Assembly (NCBI RefSeq): GCF_006345805.1
Contig: NC_043000.1
Span: forward strand, 71,176,001 to 71,240,000
Length of the DNA stretch: 64,000 bases
Origin: Octopus sinensis
Taxonomy: Eukaryota
Reading direction: 5' to 3'
The stretch's first letter is position 1; each line of letters starts with the position of its first letter. The notes below the pieces were generated by a model that was not told the origin of the DNA, ran no database searches, and worked only from the letters and a program-made list of their open reading frames with translations. The position numbers and the translations under genes were made by a program. This document shows, piece after piece, positions 49,916 through 62,876 of the stretch.

Positions 49916-49961
<46 letters not shown>

Positions 49962-50045
49962 TATATATACATATATATATACACACACACATATATATAC
50001 ATATATATATACATATATAATATTATACATATATATATTATATAC

Positions 50046-50082
<37 letters not shown>

Positions 50083-50087
50083 CATAT

Positions 50088-50144
<57 letters not shown>

Positions 50145-50155
50145 TAATATATATA

Positions 50156-50196
<41 letters not shown>

Positions 50197-50221
50197 TATA
50201 TATATATACATATATATACAT

Positions 50222-50253
<32 letters not shown>

Positions 50254-50580
50254 CATATATAATATACATATATATATTATACATATATATATATATACAT
50301 ATATATAATACATATCTATATATATACAATATATATATATATATATATATTATACATATTATATACATATATATAGATCACATATATATAATACATATAT
50401 ATAATATCCACATATATATATATCTAATATATATATATCTATATATATATATATATATATATAACATATATATATACATATATATAACATATATAACACA
50501 TAATATATATATATACATAATATATATAATATATATTACATATATATATATATACATATAATATATATATATATATACAT

Positions 50581-50613
<33 letters not shown>

Positions 50614-50629
50614 CATATATATATATTAT

Positions 50630-50680
<51 letters not shown>
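48536..50680. repeat. ~2.1-kb interrupted (AT)n array with a 35-nt LINE tail at 48856-48890
   Basis: Directly visible. Confidence 0.95.
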
Positions 50681-50682
<2 letters not shown>

Positions 50683-50689
50683 ATTTTAA

Positions 50690-51385
50690 TCCAAACGGGA
50701 AAACAAAAAAACAACAACAATGGAACAATTACAGTATTATTATTAATAGGCTCTCAGGAAATGGAAGCAGGGAGGTATGACGTTTCGAGCGGAGCTCTTC
50801 GTCGGAACATAAAGAAGGAAGAGAGAGGAAAGAAAGATCCCGAGGGGAACAGGGAAAGAGAAAAAAGACGACTGATGTTTATGAGTTGCACATGGTGAAA
50901 GGCGGATGTTTACGATAACAAGAGCAAAGTGTGTTTTTAAAGGCAAAAGAGTGGAGACAAGGTTGGTAACGCAACAGATGTGTGAGTGTGTGCGTGTGCG
51001 TGTGTGTATGTGTGTGTGTGAGGCGAGATGAAAAAACAAAAAAATATGTGTGTGTTAGTGTGTGCGTCTGTGTGTAGGCGTATGAGGTAGGGCGAGACAG
51101 TGGTCAGCTTAGCAGACAAGGTCAGTAGTAAGAAAAAGAAGGAAGGAGGAAGGGAGTGAGGGGAAGGGGTGGGGGCGTATGTAGCGTGCCAGCGTGTGTT
51201 GAGTAGTAGTGTGTGTGTGTGTCCAGTGTCGTGGTGGTATTAATGGCGAGTAGATTGAATGTGTGTAAGAGTAATGTATATATTAAGCAATGTGTGTATA
51301 TGTGCGTCGCGTGTGTGTAACGAAAAAAGGGGGGGTGTTAAGGAAAAAGGACTCCAGCTGAGGGGAAGATGGAAGAGTGGTCCCG
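50690..51385 (-). mobile_element. Penelope/Poseidon-type pLTR/3' fragment with degenerate HHR at ~50772-50810
   Basis: Minus strand CCGACGA A GAGC UCC GCUC GAAAC GUC. Downstream ATTTCCTGAGAGCCTATTAATA resembles ATTTCCTGAGCGCCATACTAATA at 48421-48443. Confidence 0.6.
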
Positions 51386-51399
51386 CGGAGACGGGCGTG

Positions 51400-51748
51400 G
51401 GAAAACCCATATATATACACTCACCTACATAGGTTCCTCAACCTCCTGGAAATCCAGATACTACAACCACCGGTCCTCGCTGAAACACAGACATAAGGCT
51501 AACAGCACCTCCCTTTCTAAAAAAATTTGGGAATTAAAAGACAAATGCATAGGCTTCAAACTCAGGTGGTCCATCATCGGATCAGCTGCACTTATTTAAA
51601 TAATAGAGCAGGATGCCAACTATGTTGTGTAGAACTCCTGAACATCTTGAAATTCAAAGACAAACACAATCTTATTAACAAAAGGTTAGAGTTAAAACCA
51701 TCCTGTATACACAAACTCATTAATACTTTCAAATACTACAAAGCTTAG
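51400..51748 (+). pseudogene. Naiad-like GIY-YIG endonuclease C-terminal fragment
   Basis: YIGSSTSWKSRYYNH..SLSKKIWELK..LRWSII, then CQLCCVELLNIL..NLINKRLEL..CIH. Confidence 0.8.
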
Positions 51749-51883
51749 GCTATTATACCAACTCCCCCATGCAATTTCCTCCCACCCGGTGAAACCTGTC
51801 GGCTCCAGCGCATCCCGCTTTCCTATATGTGCGTGTTTATGTGTGTGTATATATATGTATATACATATATGTGTATGTATATG

Positions 51884-51916
<33 letters not shown>

Positions 51917-52561
51917 ATGTGCATATATATTTCCCTGCATTTTCCTCCTATATATACACATTTTGTCTCCCATATATGTTTTTTTTCCCTACATATTTCT
52001 TCTCCTACACCTATATCCTTCCTATCTAGTCTCTTTATTTCCCTATATCTATACCTTTTCACATTTCTAACTCGGATGTTGAACGCACACCGCCAAACTC
52101 CACTTCCCACCCTTCCAATTTTCAGTTCCCCCCGCCCGCCCCTACGTTGGCACCTTTAGCACACACCTTTAACTTTCAACCACCTTCATTTCATGTTAAA
52201 CTTTACCAGATTATATTTTTATTTTACTTTATCCTATTCTATTTCACTTTATATTGTATTTCTTATTTTATATTGTATTTCTTACTTTTATTTCTAATTT
52301 TTATTCTTACCCCTAACTTATCGCTTTATATCTCTATATATGTCTTTTTTTTGCTTATCCCTTATTTACTTATCTATGGATCCGCTTTATGATTATACGT
52401 GCGTCTGTGTATGTATGTATACGTACACATATGTGTACATATGTACGAGTAAACATCTACGTCTGGATGTGCTAACCCCGTTACTCATCTCTAATAATTT
52501 TCTTTAATAATTTTTAAAAATCTCTTACGTATTTCTTTTTTTACATGTTTTCGCAGATTTC

Positions 52562-53181
52562 GGATCTTTTCTATTCTGAAGCCAGTTTTTTCAAATTTTT
52601 CCTACTGAACCAAACAATTTGAAACTTCGTATACTGGTAGAATGTGTCAAAAGTAAACTTAATTGTAAACCAGAATGAAAACGGAATTGTAACTTCTAAG
52701 TTTAACTTTGTTTAATAATTAGAATTTTAACCAATGATATTCCGTCATTCGGCTTTATTTTATTTACTCCGTCTCGACCACCAATTTCGTGACGTATTAA
52801 ACATCTTAATGTAAACAAGCTATAGTCAGCCACCTTCTAATAACAAAAGTTTGTCTTTGAAGTTACGTCTAGGGGAAGCATTGATGTACATGTGTGTGTG
52901 TGTGTTTGATGGGGTGTGGGAGACAGTATGTTGTGTAAGTGAAGTGCTTCTGTTAGTGTGTGTGAAGAGACAGAGAGTAATGTGTGAAAAGAGAGAGATA
53001 CTGAAATTTTTTACTCGGTGTATGTGTATATGCCTGAATGTATGTGTGTATGTATCTGTGTATGTGTATGTATGTATGTATGTATGGCCGATTCAATGTA
53101 ATTTTTTACACATACTTACACACACACACACATACATACACCACACATGCAGACATACATATACACATACACCGAGTAAAA

Positions 53182-53224
<43 letters not shown>

Positions 53225-53741
53225 TTTACAAAAATATGGTAAAGTAAAAAAATTACTTAACCACACACGAGCTTTTTAGAAATAGCAGCCAAAAATTTCT
53301 CAACTGCAAGAAAAAGTCTCCCAGACAATGCATACTCAGAAATAATTCACATACGTATAAGAGAAAAACAACAAAAAATCACATGGATTCTCCGATATAT
53401 GTTATAAAATATGGATTCTCCGATATAATTTATAAAAATATGGTAAAGTAAAAAAATACTTTACCACACACAAAGCTTTTTAGAAATAGCAGACGTCACA
53501 AAACTGCTTTCACAACGTCACACTAACAGATCGCAGTAATGTTTTAGATATGAAAACAAGCAATCTCATTGGTTAAAATTCGCAGTTTTAATCTACGATT
53601 AAAGTCATAAAATAGATTTTTCTCAAATAAACTGGTTCCAACTGGCGAATAAACTAGTTCCACTCTATGAGTACACAAAGTTTCAAATTATTTAGTTAAC
53701 TAGAAAGATCTGGGGTCCTGGCCACAAATTTGAAAAGATCC
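52562..53741. mobile_element. 1.18-kb non-autonomous TIR element, TIR GGATCTTTTC, 8-bp TSD CAGATTTC
   Basis: TSD at 52554-52561 and 53742-53749. Shares AAACTTCGTATACTGGTAGAATGTGT with the 34059 MITE. Confidence 0.8.
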
Positions 53742-54890
53742 CAGATTTCTTATATGCATATGTTTACACCTATTTGTATACATCTTTTAATAGCTTATAA
53801 CTATACCTATACGCGCGTATGTCTCTGTGTGTGTATGTAAGTGTATATGTGCACGCACATATGGACACACAGCCGTGTGTGCGTGCACGCGTAGACGTGA
53901 GTGCGTGATTCTTTACATGCGTTCTTATATACACCCTTTAATATCTTATATCTAAACCTGGACGTGTGGGCATCTGTGTATGTGTATGTAGGGATGGACG
54001 TGCGTATGTATATATGGGTGTGTACACGTATAATGTCCGTGTATATATGCGCATATCCTGTTGTATGTATGTATATATGCGCATGTGTGTGGGTGTATAT
54101 GTGTTTATGTACATGTTTACACGTGAGTGCGTATGTATGCTTATATGCTTGGAGCCGTGTATGCGCGCGTATATGTGCGCGTGTATATGGGTGTATGTAT
54201 CCATGCTGGTATGTATGTACAAGATGACCACTTAACTCAAAGAACTAGATTAGCCGCTCAACAGCTCTGATTTACAATACACTAGGTCCCCAGACGACCC
54301 TGTTGATTTATTGACACCCAAATCTTCTACAACTAAATTTTGTCAATTTCCTGACCACCATGTTTGGTCCGTAACCTCTATACATCCCTTATCTTTATAT
54401 TTTTATATTTTTTTACATTTTTATCATTTTTATTCTTATTCCTATTTTTATCTCTTTACTTTTATTTCTATTTCTATTTTTACTTTATAACCTTATGCCT
54501 TTATATCCATTTATATTTTTTTATATTCTTTATATCCCCTTATATCTCCTTATATCTCTTTATATCTTTATACTCTACATTTTTATATTTTTCTATACTT
54601 ACTTTTTATATATTTTTTATATATTTTTTATCCTTCGTCCTGATTCTCGTCCCTCCATCTTTACCCTATTTACCTTATTACCAGGTTCCTTTACGTCTAT
54701 ATATGTATTTATTTATTAATTTATTTACATTACTTCAACATCCAAATTCCTCATTCTACATTGAGAGAGGAAAGAGATGGACGCTTCAATTCTATGCTGT
54801 TGCCGCATTATTCGTACGCGAATGAGAGGATTTGCATCCCCAACCAAGAATTTTTTGATGTAACACATGTCCTTGTGGAAGCTGTTGTGC

Positions 54891-54965
54891 GCGGCTGAAG
54901 AGGCCACAGACATACATTATGCATTGTTATAAATCTGTCTAAAAGGCCCGAAACATATGTACCGC
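54891..54965 (+). ncRNA. Type-I hammerhead ribozyme with extended stem II
   Basis: GCGG CUGAAGA GGCC ACAGA...UCUGU CUAAAA GGCC C GAAAC AUAU GUA CCGC. Stem I is 4 GC pairs, the core is intact, and stem III is the palindrome ACAUAUGU. Confidence 0.75.
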
Positions 54966-54994
54966 TGAATCCTTGGCATCATGTTTTTATTTTG

Positions 54995-55004
54995 ATCAAT
55001 ATAC

Positions 55005-55039
<35 letters not shown>

Positions 55040-55079
55040 CATATAGATTATATACATATATATATATATCTATACAATA

Positions 55080-55139
<60 letters not shown>

Positions 55140-55166
55140 ATATATATTATATATACATATATATAC

Positions 55167-55220
<54 letters not shown>

Positions 55221-55317
55221 CATATATATATTATATATAGTGCATACATATATACATATATATATATTTATATATGCATACATATATATATATACATATA
55301 TATATGCATACATATAT

Positions 55318-55350
<33 letters not shown>

Positions 55351-55498
55351 GCAACATATATATATATATAATAATTATATATATATATATATATATATGC
55401 ATACATATATATACATATTATATATATATATATATATATAATGCATACATATATTACATATATATAATATATATATATATGCATACTATATATATATA

Positions 55499-55547
<49 letters not shown>

Positions 55548-55562
55548 TACATATATATATAT

Positions 55563-55607
<45 letters not shown>

Positions 55608-55610
55608 TAC

Positions 55611-55641
<31 letters not shown>

Positions 55642-55692
55642 ATATTGCATACATATATATACATATATATATATACATACATATATATATAC

Positions 55693-55723
<31 letters not shown>

Positions 55724-56177
55724 CATATATATACATATATATATACATATATATATATTACATATATATATACATATATATATACATATATATATATACA
55801 TATATATATACATATATAATATACATATATATATATACATATATATATAACATATATATATACATATATATATACATATATATATATACATATATATATA
55901 ACATATATATATACATATATATATACATATATATATACATATATATATACATAATATATACATATATATATATACATATATATATATACATATATATATA
56001 CATATATATTATACATATATAGATACATATATATAATACATATAATATACATATATATATATAACATATATATATATACATATATATATATACATATATA
56101 TATATACATATATATATATACCTATATATATATACATATATAATATATACATATATATATATACTATAATATATACA

Positions 56178-56213
<36 letters not shown>

Positions 56214-56256
56214 CCATATATATATTACATATATATATATACATATATATATATAT
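54995..56256. repeat. (AT)n/(ATAC)n array
   Basis: Directly visible. Confidence 0.95.
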
Positions 56257-56660
56257 ATTGTTATATTTCGGAATGGTCATATTGCCAGTTTAGCCAATAA
56301 AAACACACACTATATATTTGGTGTTATTTTGCTTCAGTGATATTTATTTTTTACATTAATCTTAATCTTATTTCGGCCAAAGTTCTTTCGTCAAACTCCT
56401 GTGACCGCATCAGTGGTCCTTTGTTTTCTTCTCACTTACTGTGTCTCTCCTTACTAACCGTTAGTAAGGAGAGACACAAGTAAGTGAGAAGAAAACAAGG
56501 ACCACTGATGCGGTCACAGGAGTGTGACGAAAGAACTTTGGCCGAAAAAGATTAAGATTAATGTAAAAATAATATCACTGAAGCAAAATAACACCAAATA
56601 TATAGTGCGTGTGTTTTTATTGGCTAAACTGGCAATATGACCATTCCGAAATATAACAAT
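56257..56660. repeat. 404-bp near-perfect palindrome (1-nt spacer) with an HHR-like motif on each arm
   Basis: Centre ACTAAC-C-GTTAGT at 56459; arms differ by a few indels and substitutions. Motif GGACCA CUGAUG CG GUCAC AGGAGU GUGAC GAAAG AA CUU UGGCC at 56499-56543 (+), mirrored at 56375-56419 (-). Confidence 0.9.
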
Positions 56661-56714
56661 GTCTGTTTCAACACACGACTTCACATAAAAAATCTTGCAC
56701 AACAAATATTTGAA

Positions 56715-56716
56715 CG

Positions 56717-56755
<39 letters not shown>

Positions 56756-56848
56756 AATATATATATACATATATATATAATATTATATATATATATATAA
56801 TATATATACATATATATATATATATATACACTATATATATATATACAT

Positions 56849-56884
<36 letters not shown>

Positions 56885-56951
56885 TATATATATACACATA
56901 TATATATATATACACTATATATATATATACACACATTATATATATATATAC

Positions 56952-57005
<54 letters not shown>

Positions 57006-57830
57006 ATATATATATATGTAGATATATTTGTATATGTATATATATTTATTATATGTATATATTTGTATATGTATATATATTTATATATATGTATATATAT
57101 GTATATGTATATATATGTATATATATTTGTATATATATATATATATTTATATATATGTATATAATATATGTATATATGTATAATATATAATATATATATA
57201 TATGTATATATATGTATATGTATATATAATATATTATATATTTATATGTATATATATGTATATGTATATGTATGTATATGTATTATATGTATATGTATAT
57301 TATGTATATGTATGTATATGTATATATATATATATTAATATATGTATATGTATATATATGTATATATATGTATATGTATATATTGTATATATATGTATAT
57401 GTATATATATGTATATATATGTATATGTATATATATGTATATTATGTATATATATTATATGTATATATGTATATGTATAATATATGTATATGTATATATA
57501 TGTATATATATATGTATATGTATATATATGTATAATATGTATATGTATATAATGTATATGTATATATATGTTATATGTTATGTTATATGTATATAATATG
57601 TATAGGTATATGTATGTATATGTATATATTGTATTATATGTATATGTATATATATTTTATTATGGTATATGTATATATATTATATATATGTATATGTATA
57701 TATAATATATATTTATATATATATATATGTATGTATATGTATATATATATATGTATGTATATGTATATATATATATGTATGTATATGTATATATATGTAT
57801 ATGTATATATATTTATATATATATATGTAT
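56715..57830. repeat. (AT)n/(ATATGT)n array
   Basis: Directly visible. Confidence 0.95.
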
Positions 57831-57989
57831 GTCAGCCGAAATTACTACGATGATCCGGTTCTTGACTGAAGACTGAGGGGTTCGAATGTCCTGTCCATGT
57901 TTATTGTATCGTCTTCTATGAGTTATACGTTCTTGTCCATGTTGTATTTTTCTACATACCTTAACATATATATATATATATATATATTT

Positions 57990-58470
57990 AATCATCATCA
58001 CCATCGTTTAACATCCGTCTTCCATGCTGACATGGGTTGGACCGTTTGACTGGAGTATGGTAAACCAAGAGGCTTCACCTACGCTCCAGTCTGATTTGGC
58101 AGTAGTTCTAACACTAACCACTCCGAGAGTTTAGTGGGTGCTCACAGCTACATGCGGCTCATAACTACAGTTTCCATTTGATTTTGATTTTAATGTACCT
58201 GACTCAATAGGTCTCTTCAAGCGCAGCATGCTGCCCTTGCACAGCATGTTGCCCTACGATCCAAGGTACTTTTGAGTGCGTTGGGCTGGTTATGTGACAC
58301 TGGTGTATGCTATAGCTTTGAACTCACTTTAATTGCCGGGTCTTCGCAGAATGTGTCCTTGCAAGCCTCATCTGATGCTTATGTCTAACATTTCTGTCAG
58401 GGTGCTTACCCATGTCCTTAGCAGTCAGGGCCCATGTTTCATTGCTCTGAAGCATGGCAGTTTGCACACA
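57990..58470 (-). mobile_element. Degraded RTE 3' fragment
   Basis: CATCATCACCATCGTTTAACATCCGTCTTCCATGCT... tail and GGGCCCATGTTTCATTGCT (reverse of the SETW region). Confidence 0.7.
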
Positions 58471-58698
58471 TCCATATAGTGCGTGTGTTTATTTGGCAAA
58501 AAAATAAAATAAAATAAAATGATCATCCCAAAGTACAACAGTATATATATATATATATATATAATAGAAAATGAGGGGTTTAGTTCACTTGTGATCTAAA
58601 CGAATTGGTACATTGAGTAAGTGCTATAGTTGGTCATACATTAGGTTCCAAGTTCACAGCTGAGGCTGGATATAGTGATCTGTATTAATGTTCCATTG

Positions 58699-58898
58699 TA
58701 TTATATTAGAGGAAAATGTAAAACAAGGCAGAATGAGTATCTCAAGTCATTTAGAATAATTTAATTAGAGCAAGATGAGTTTGAAGTCTTACAACAGTTT
58801 CTGGGAAGACTTCAAATTCTCCTTACCCTAATTAAATTATTCTAAATGACTTGAGATACTCCTTCTGGCTTGGTTTTGCTTTTTCCTCTGATATAATA
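58699..58898. repeat. 200-bp foldback (92-bp arms, 15-nt loop)
   Basis: A block of about 33 bp, GAGTATCTCAAGTCATTTAGAATAATTTAATTAG, is perfectly inverted. Confidence 0.85.
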
Positions 58899-59612
58899 TA
58901 CATGAAGTTAACGTTTTTCATTTTAATGTCCAGTTTTCCATACTTGCATAAGTCAGACGGGATGTGTTTAGGCAGATTTTCTATAGCTTGATCTCCCTCC
59001 TGTTACCAACTCTTACTTCCAAACTAGCTAATATTTTCCCCATGGCCAGAAATGTGTTTGAAGATTGGAAATGATTGATAGCGCTTGTGTGACAGTGATA
59101 CCTGTATATGATTGTTTTGCAGTTAATATCTGTAGAAGGATGAACAAACACTCACCCACACACGCTCATTTACTCACACTCAGACATCATATACATACAT
59201 ATTCATGTATAATTATATGTTTACAGATATACACCCACACACACATATATGAATCTATCTTTTCCTATATGGTATTTATAGAATCTTAGTCTTATGTCAT
59301 TGTCAGATGAAGGTCAAGGAAGTGGGAGTTATAATAACAATGTATTGTTACTTGGAATCATTTGATGTTTTTTATGTTTTTGTGTTTTAATTATGTTTGT
59401 AACTTTCTTTTGTCTTTTTTTAAATTTTGCTTTATTCATTGTTTTATCACCTTACTATTCCTTCCCCTCTAATAGATGGGTGTGTATTTAGACAAATTTA
59501 GAGGCATTTGCAGGAGTTTTAAACTCTCCCCTCAGAAGAAAGAGTAGATCTAAATTTGCTCTTTTCCCTGTTGTTTGCTGCCTTTTCAACAGCCATATCT
59601 TTAACAAGCTAG

Positions 59613-59645
<33 letters not shown>

Positions 59646-60344
59646 TGTGTGTGTCTGTGTGTGTCTGTGTGTCAGCACATAGGTATAGCCTACATAGTTG
59701 TCCTATTCACATTTCATTGTTGTTCAAATTTGATAGTTTCTAGGTAACCAACTGGCTCTAGTAACAAGTTGAGCATGTTGTTGGGGGTGAGCCGATAAAA
59801 GATTTTTATACTACTAATGACTTACCCCTTCTATTAGGTAACCATGTGTCGGATGTTTAGAATTTTCTTAAACAATAATGGCAGGTTCACTTAATTAGAC
59901 TGAAAGTTTCTTCCATCATCAAAACGTTCTTATAACTCTGAGGACAGGCTTTAAATAATTGTACAAACTGGACAGTTGACTACTGTATACATAAACGCTC
60001 TCACACATAGACCCATATACATATTTATATGTGTATTTGCTAGCCTAAAATATTTTAGGAAATAATAATTCAAAATAGTGTGTTTATGTTACCAGCTATG
60101 AGCACACTCGTGCTCACCCATATAAGTAATAATTTTAAATGTGGGTATACACCTTGTAGTATGCTGTTTAAAGCCCATTCACTGTATTCAGCTATCTGAT
60201 TTCATCGACAGTATGGATTTAAAAGCCTTTGGATTTACTTCTGGAATTTCTTCATGTCTGTGGAGTTATGAGTAGCATATGAGAGAAAAAGAAAGCAAAT
60301 GGAATTCTTGAGATTCTTTGATAATCATTATGATTGTTTTGGTC

Positions 60345-60699
60345 CCTTGTGCATCAGTCCCTTGCAGGTGAGATGCTGTACAAATATTGTGGTGCATCGT
60401 TCAGTGCAGAAGTGCCTCATCAGGTGATTGGTCTAACGGTACCTTATTCTTTAATCTCTCTTTTGCTTATTTGAATTAGAATTCATTCTGGTAGTTATCT
60501 GCAGCTACTTGCATACATGAGAAAACTTGAGTTAAAATGAAGACCACTTCTCTTATAAAATGAATTCTAATTGAAATAAATGGAACAGAGATTAAAGAAT
60601 GAGGTACCTTTTGACAAGTTACCTGACTAGGCACTTCACTGAATGATGCACCATAACTATTTGTACAGCATCTCACTTGTGAGGGACTGGTGCATGAGG
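60345..60699. mobile_element. ~355-bp foldback/MITE-like element (~140-bp arms)
   Basis: TGCATCAGTCCC..GTGAGATGCTGTACAAATA..TGGTGCATC..TTCAGTG..TTCTTTAATCTCT..AATTAGAATTCATT is mirrored on the right arm. Confidence 0.8.
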
Positions 60700-62810
60700 T
60701 GTCAAAGTGTTTGTAGTGGTTAAATCAGAATCTTGTGAATTCCATTTTCTTTCTCTTTCTCTCATTTGTTATACACACACATATGTGTCCATGTGCACAT
60801 ATGTATACATGTGTATGTGTACATCTTTTATTCCTTTTCTGGCTTACTAGTTTTTGTCATTGAACTACAGCCATGCTGGGCTACTGTCAAGGATTTAATT
60901 GATCATATCAGTCCCAGTATTTATTTATTGATGTTTATTTGTCAAACCATTAAGATAGGGACATAAAGGGGCACAACATAAATATAATACACATACACAC
61001 ATGCACACACACACACACACACACACACACAGTGCGTACCTGCACACTTTCCATTTCCCAAATTGTACTCGCGTAATACTGTCTATAAATACAGGATTTT
61101 TACTCAAGTGCCAAGTTACAGCACTTGTAACTATTAACTGAATAATCTGTGTTACCTCCCCTTATATAATGTGAAGTTCATAGGTAATTTAGAGCCACTG
61201 AACTACTTGTTGTATGGTTATTCCACTCCTGTCTACCATAGTTTAATATCAAAATACAATTAAACGTCTGTAACTTAGAATATCCTTCAGATGATGATGA
61301 TAAACAGTAATTTTCTGTAATTTAAACCTGTAGATCGAACAAAATGTATCAAAATATTGAAGATGAATTGCAAACTATCAAATTTTCAAATGTGAAGCAG
61401 TCTGAATTTCAGTATGCAATCTAAGATGGAAAGGAAATCTTTTTACTCTTAATTACATGTACGTGAAGGGCAAATTAATCATATGATGTGGCCTCTAACA
61501 ATCTTAAAATTTAGTCTTTCAAAGTAAATATCTGAATAAAGCAATTATACAAATCAACGAGCAAATATAACAGATTGCATTAATATATTATATTTCTATG
61601 TCAACTTTTCCCCCTGTCTCCTTTGGTCTTTCTTTCTTGAAAGTATTGTCTACTTGAATCACTTGACACCTCTGTACTTAGCTGTCATCCTCTATATACA
61701 TTGCATGTCTGTATTAGCATATTTGCCTCTCTTGCACATTATATCTGTTTTATCTTATATCAAGTTTTCCTCTCAACTCATTTGTGCTTTGCTGTTTAAT
61801 CATACTAATGTAACATCCACTGGAGCATGCTTACCTCATTTCTTTTCAGTCTTCACTTATCTCTTGCATTCAGTGTCCATGTTTTCCTACCTTGTAAAAT
61901 CTGCCCTACACTCATAGAGATAATGTTGTTGTGAATTAAGGTAATAACTACTTGAATACTTCCACTCCATTCTTACACTGAACATAAACTCCATTGTGGA
62001 TTAGGATACTTTTAGGTCATAGAAGCTACCAACTTTTCATGGATACTTTTAGTTCATGAGTATACTTTCTTTTAAGTACTTTAATGCCTCTGTTAGCCTG
62101 CTTTTGATCCCACTACATTTCTTAATTACTTTCAGTACACTGTATAGGATTCTTACCTGTTCTTTTTCTGCGTATCACTCATGGTTACTTCCTAGATAAC
62201 AGTAGTGTTTTGTTTTCTTTTCTGCTGATGAAGTTTTACCCTCTTCAGGTTTATTTTGAGGCCTTTGCTTCTATGTTTGGAATTCCGTCTTTAATTCTGT
62301 TCATATTCTGTTCTAATCACTGCTAAGATGACTAAGATGAGGACTAGATCATTGAGTTTAACACTGGCTGTTTGTTTCCATAGACAGCAATCTTAAACTC
62401 CTTTATTGTGGCCTGGAGCTAAGAACTAAACTGTGATAGACACTTACCAATATATGAAATTCCGTGGTCTTGGTTCACACTTTGTTGACTGCATCTTAGT
62501 TCATGCCATGTATGTTTCTAACAAGCCATTCATGTATACCTAATTAGTAATCATGAGACTTCAGAGCATAAAAATCCTTTCAGAGTCCTTATCCAGGACA
62601 ACAAATGTTCTTTGTTAAGAACTTTTATAAATGTCTCACTCAAAAGAACATATTAGTGCTCTTCCTTAATTGCCTTCTTCTGTTGTGGTATAAGTATTTT
62701 TGTTACTTTCATAATTTGATCTCGCTTTGTGGTTGCTTCTAAGCAGAGAAAATGGGCATATTTGAGTCTATAAATATTTTACTTAAACACATGCATGCAC
62801 GCACACACAT

Positions 62811-62854
<44 letters not shown>

Positions 62855-62876
62855 TTTAGGCAAGACATTCTTATAT

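Noticed and set aside
51785-51810. GAAACCTGTC as HHR 3' half after the Naiad-like EN
   Set aside because: No CUGANGA upstream and no stem I.
663-57869. Dozens of ORFs rich in I/Y/M/C/H/T (e.g. 663-1220, 7111-7803, 48987-49811)
   Set aside because: They are translations of (AT)n/(GT)n microsatellites, which lack stop codons; no protein signal.
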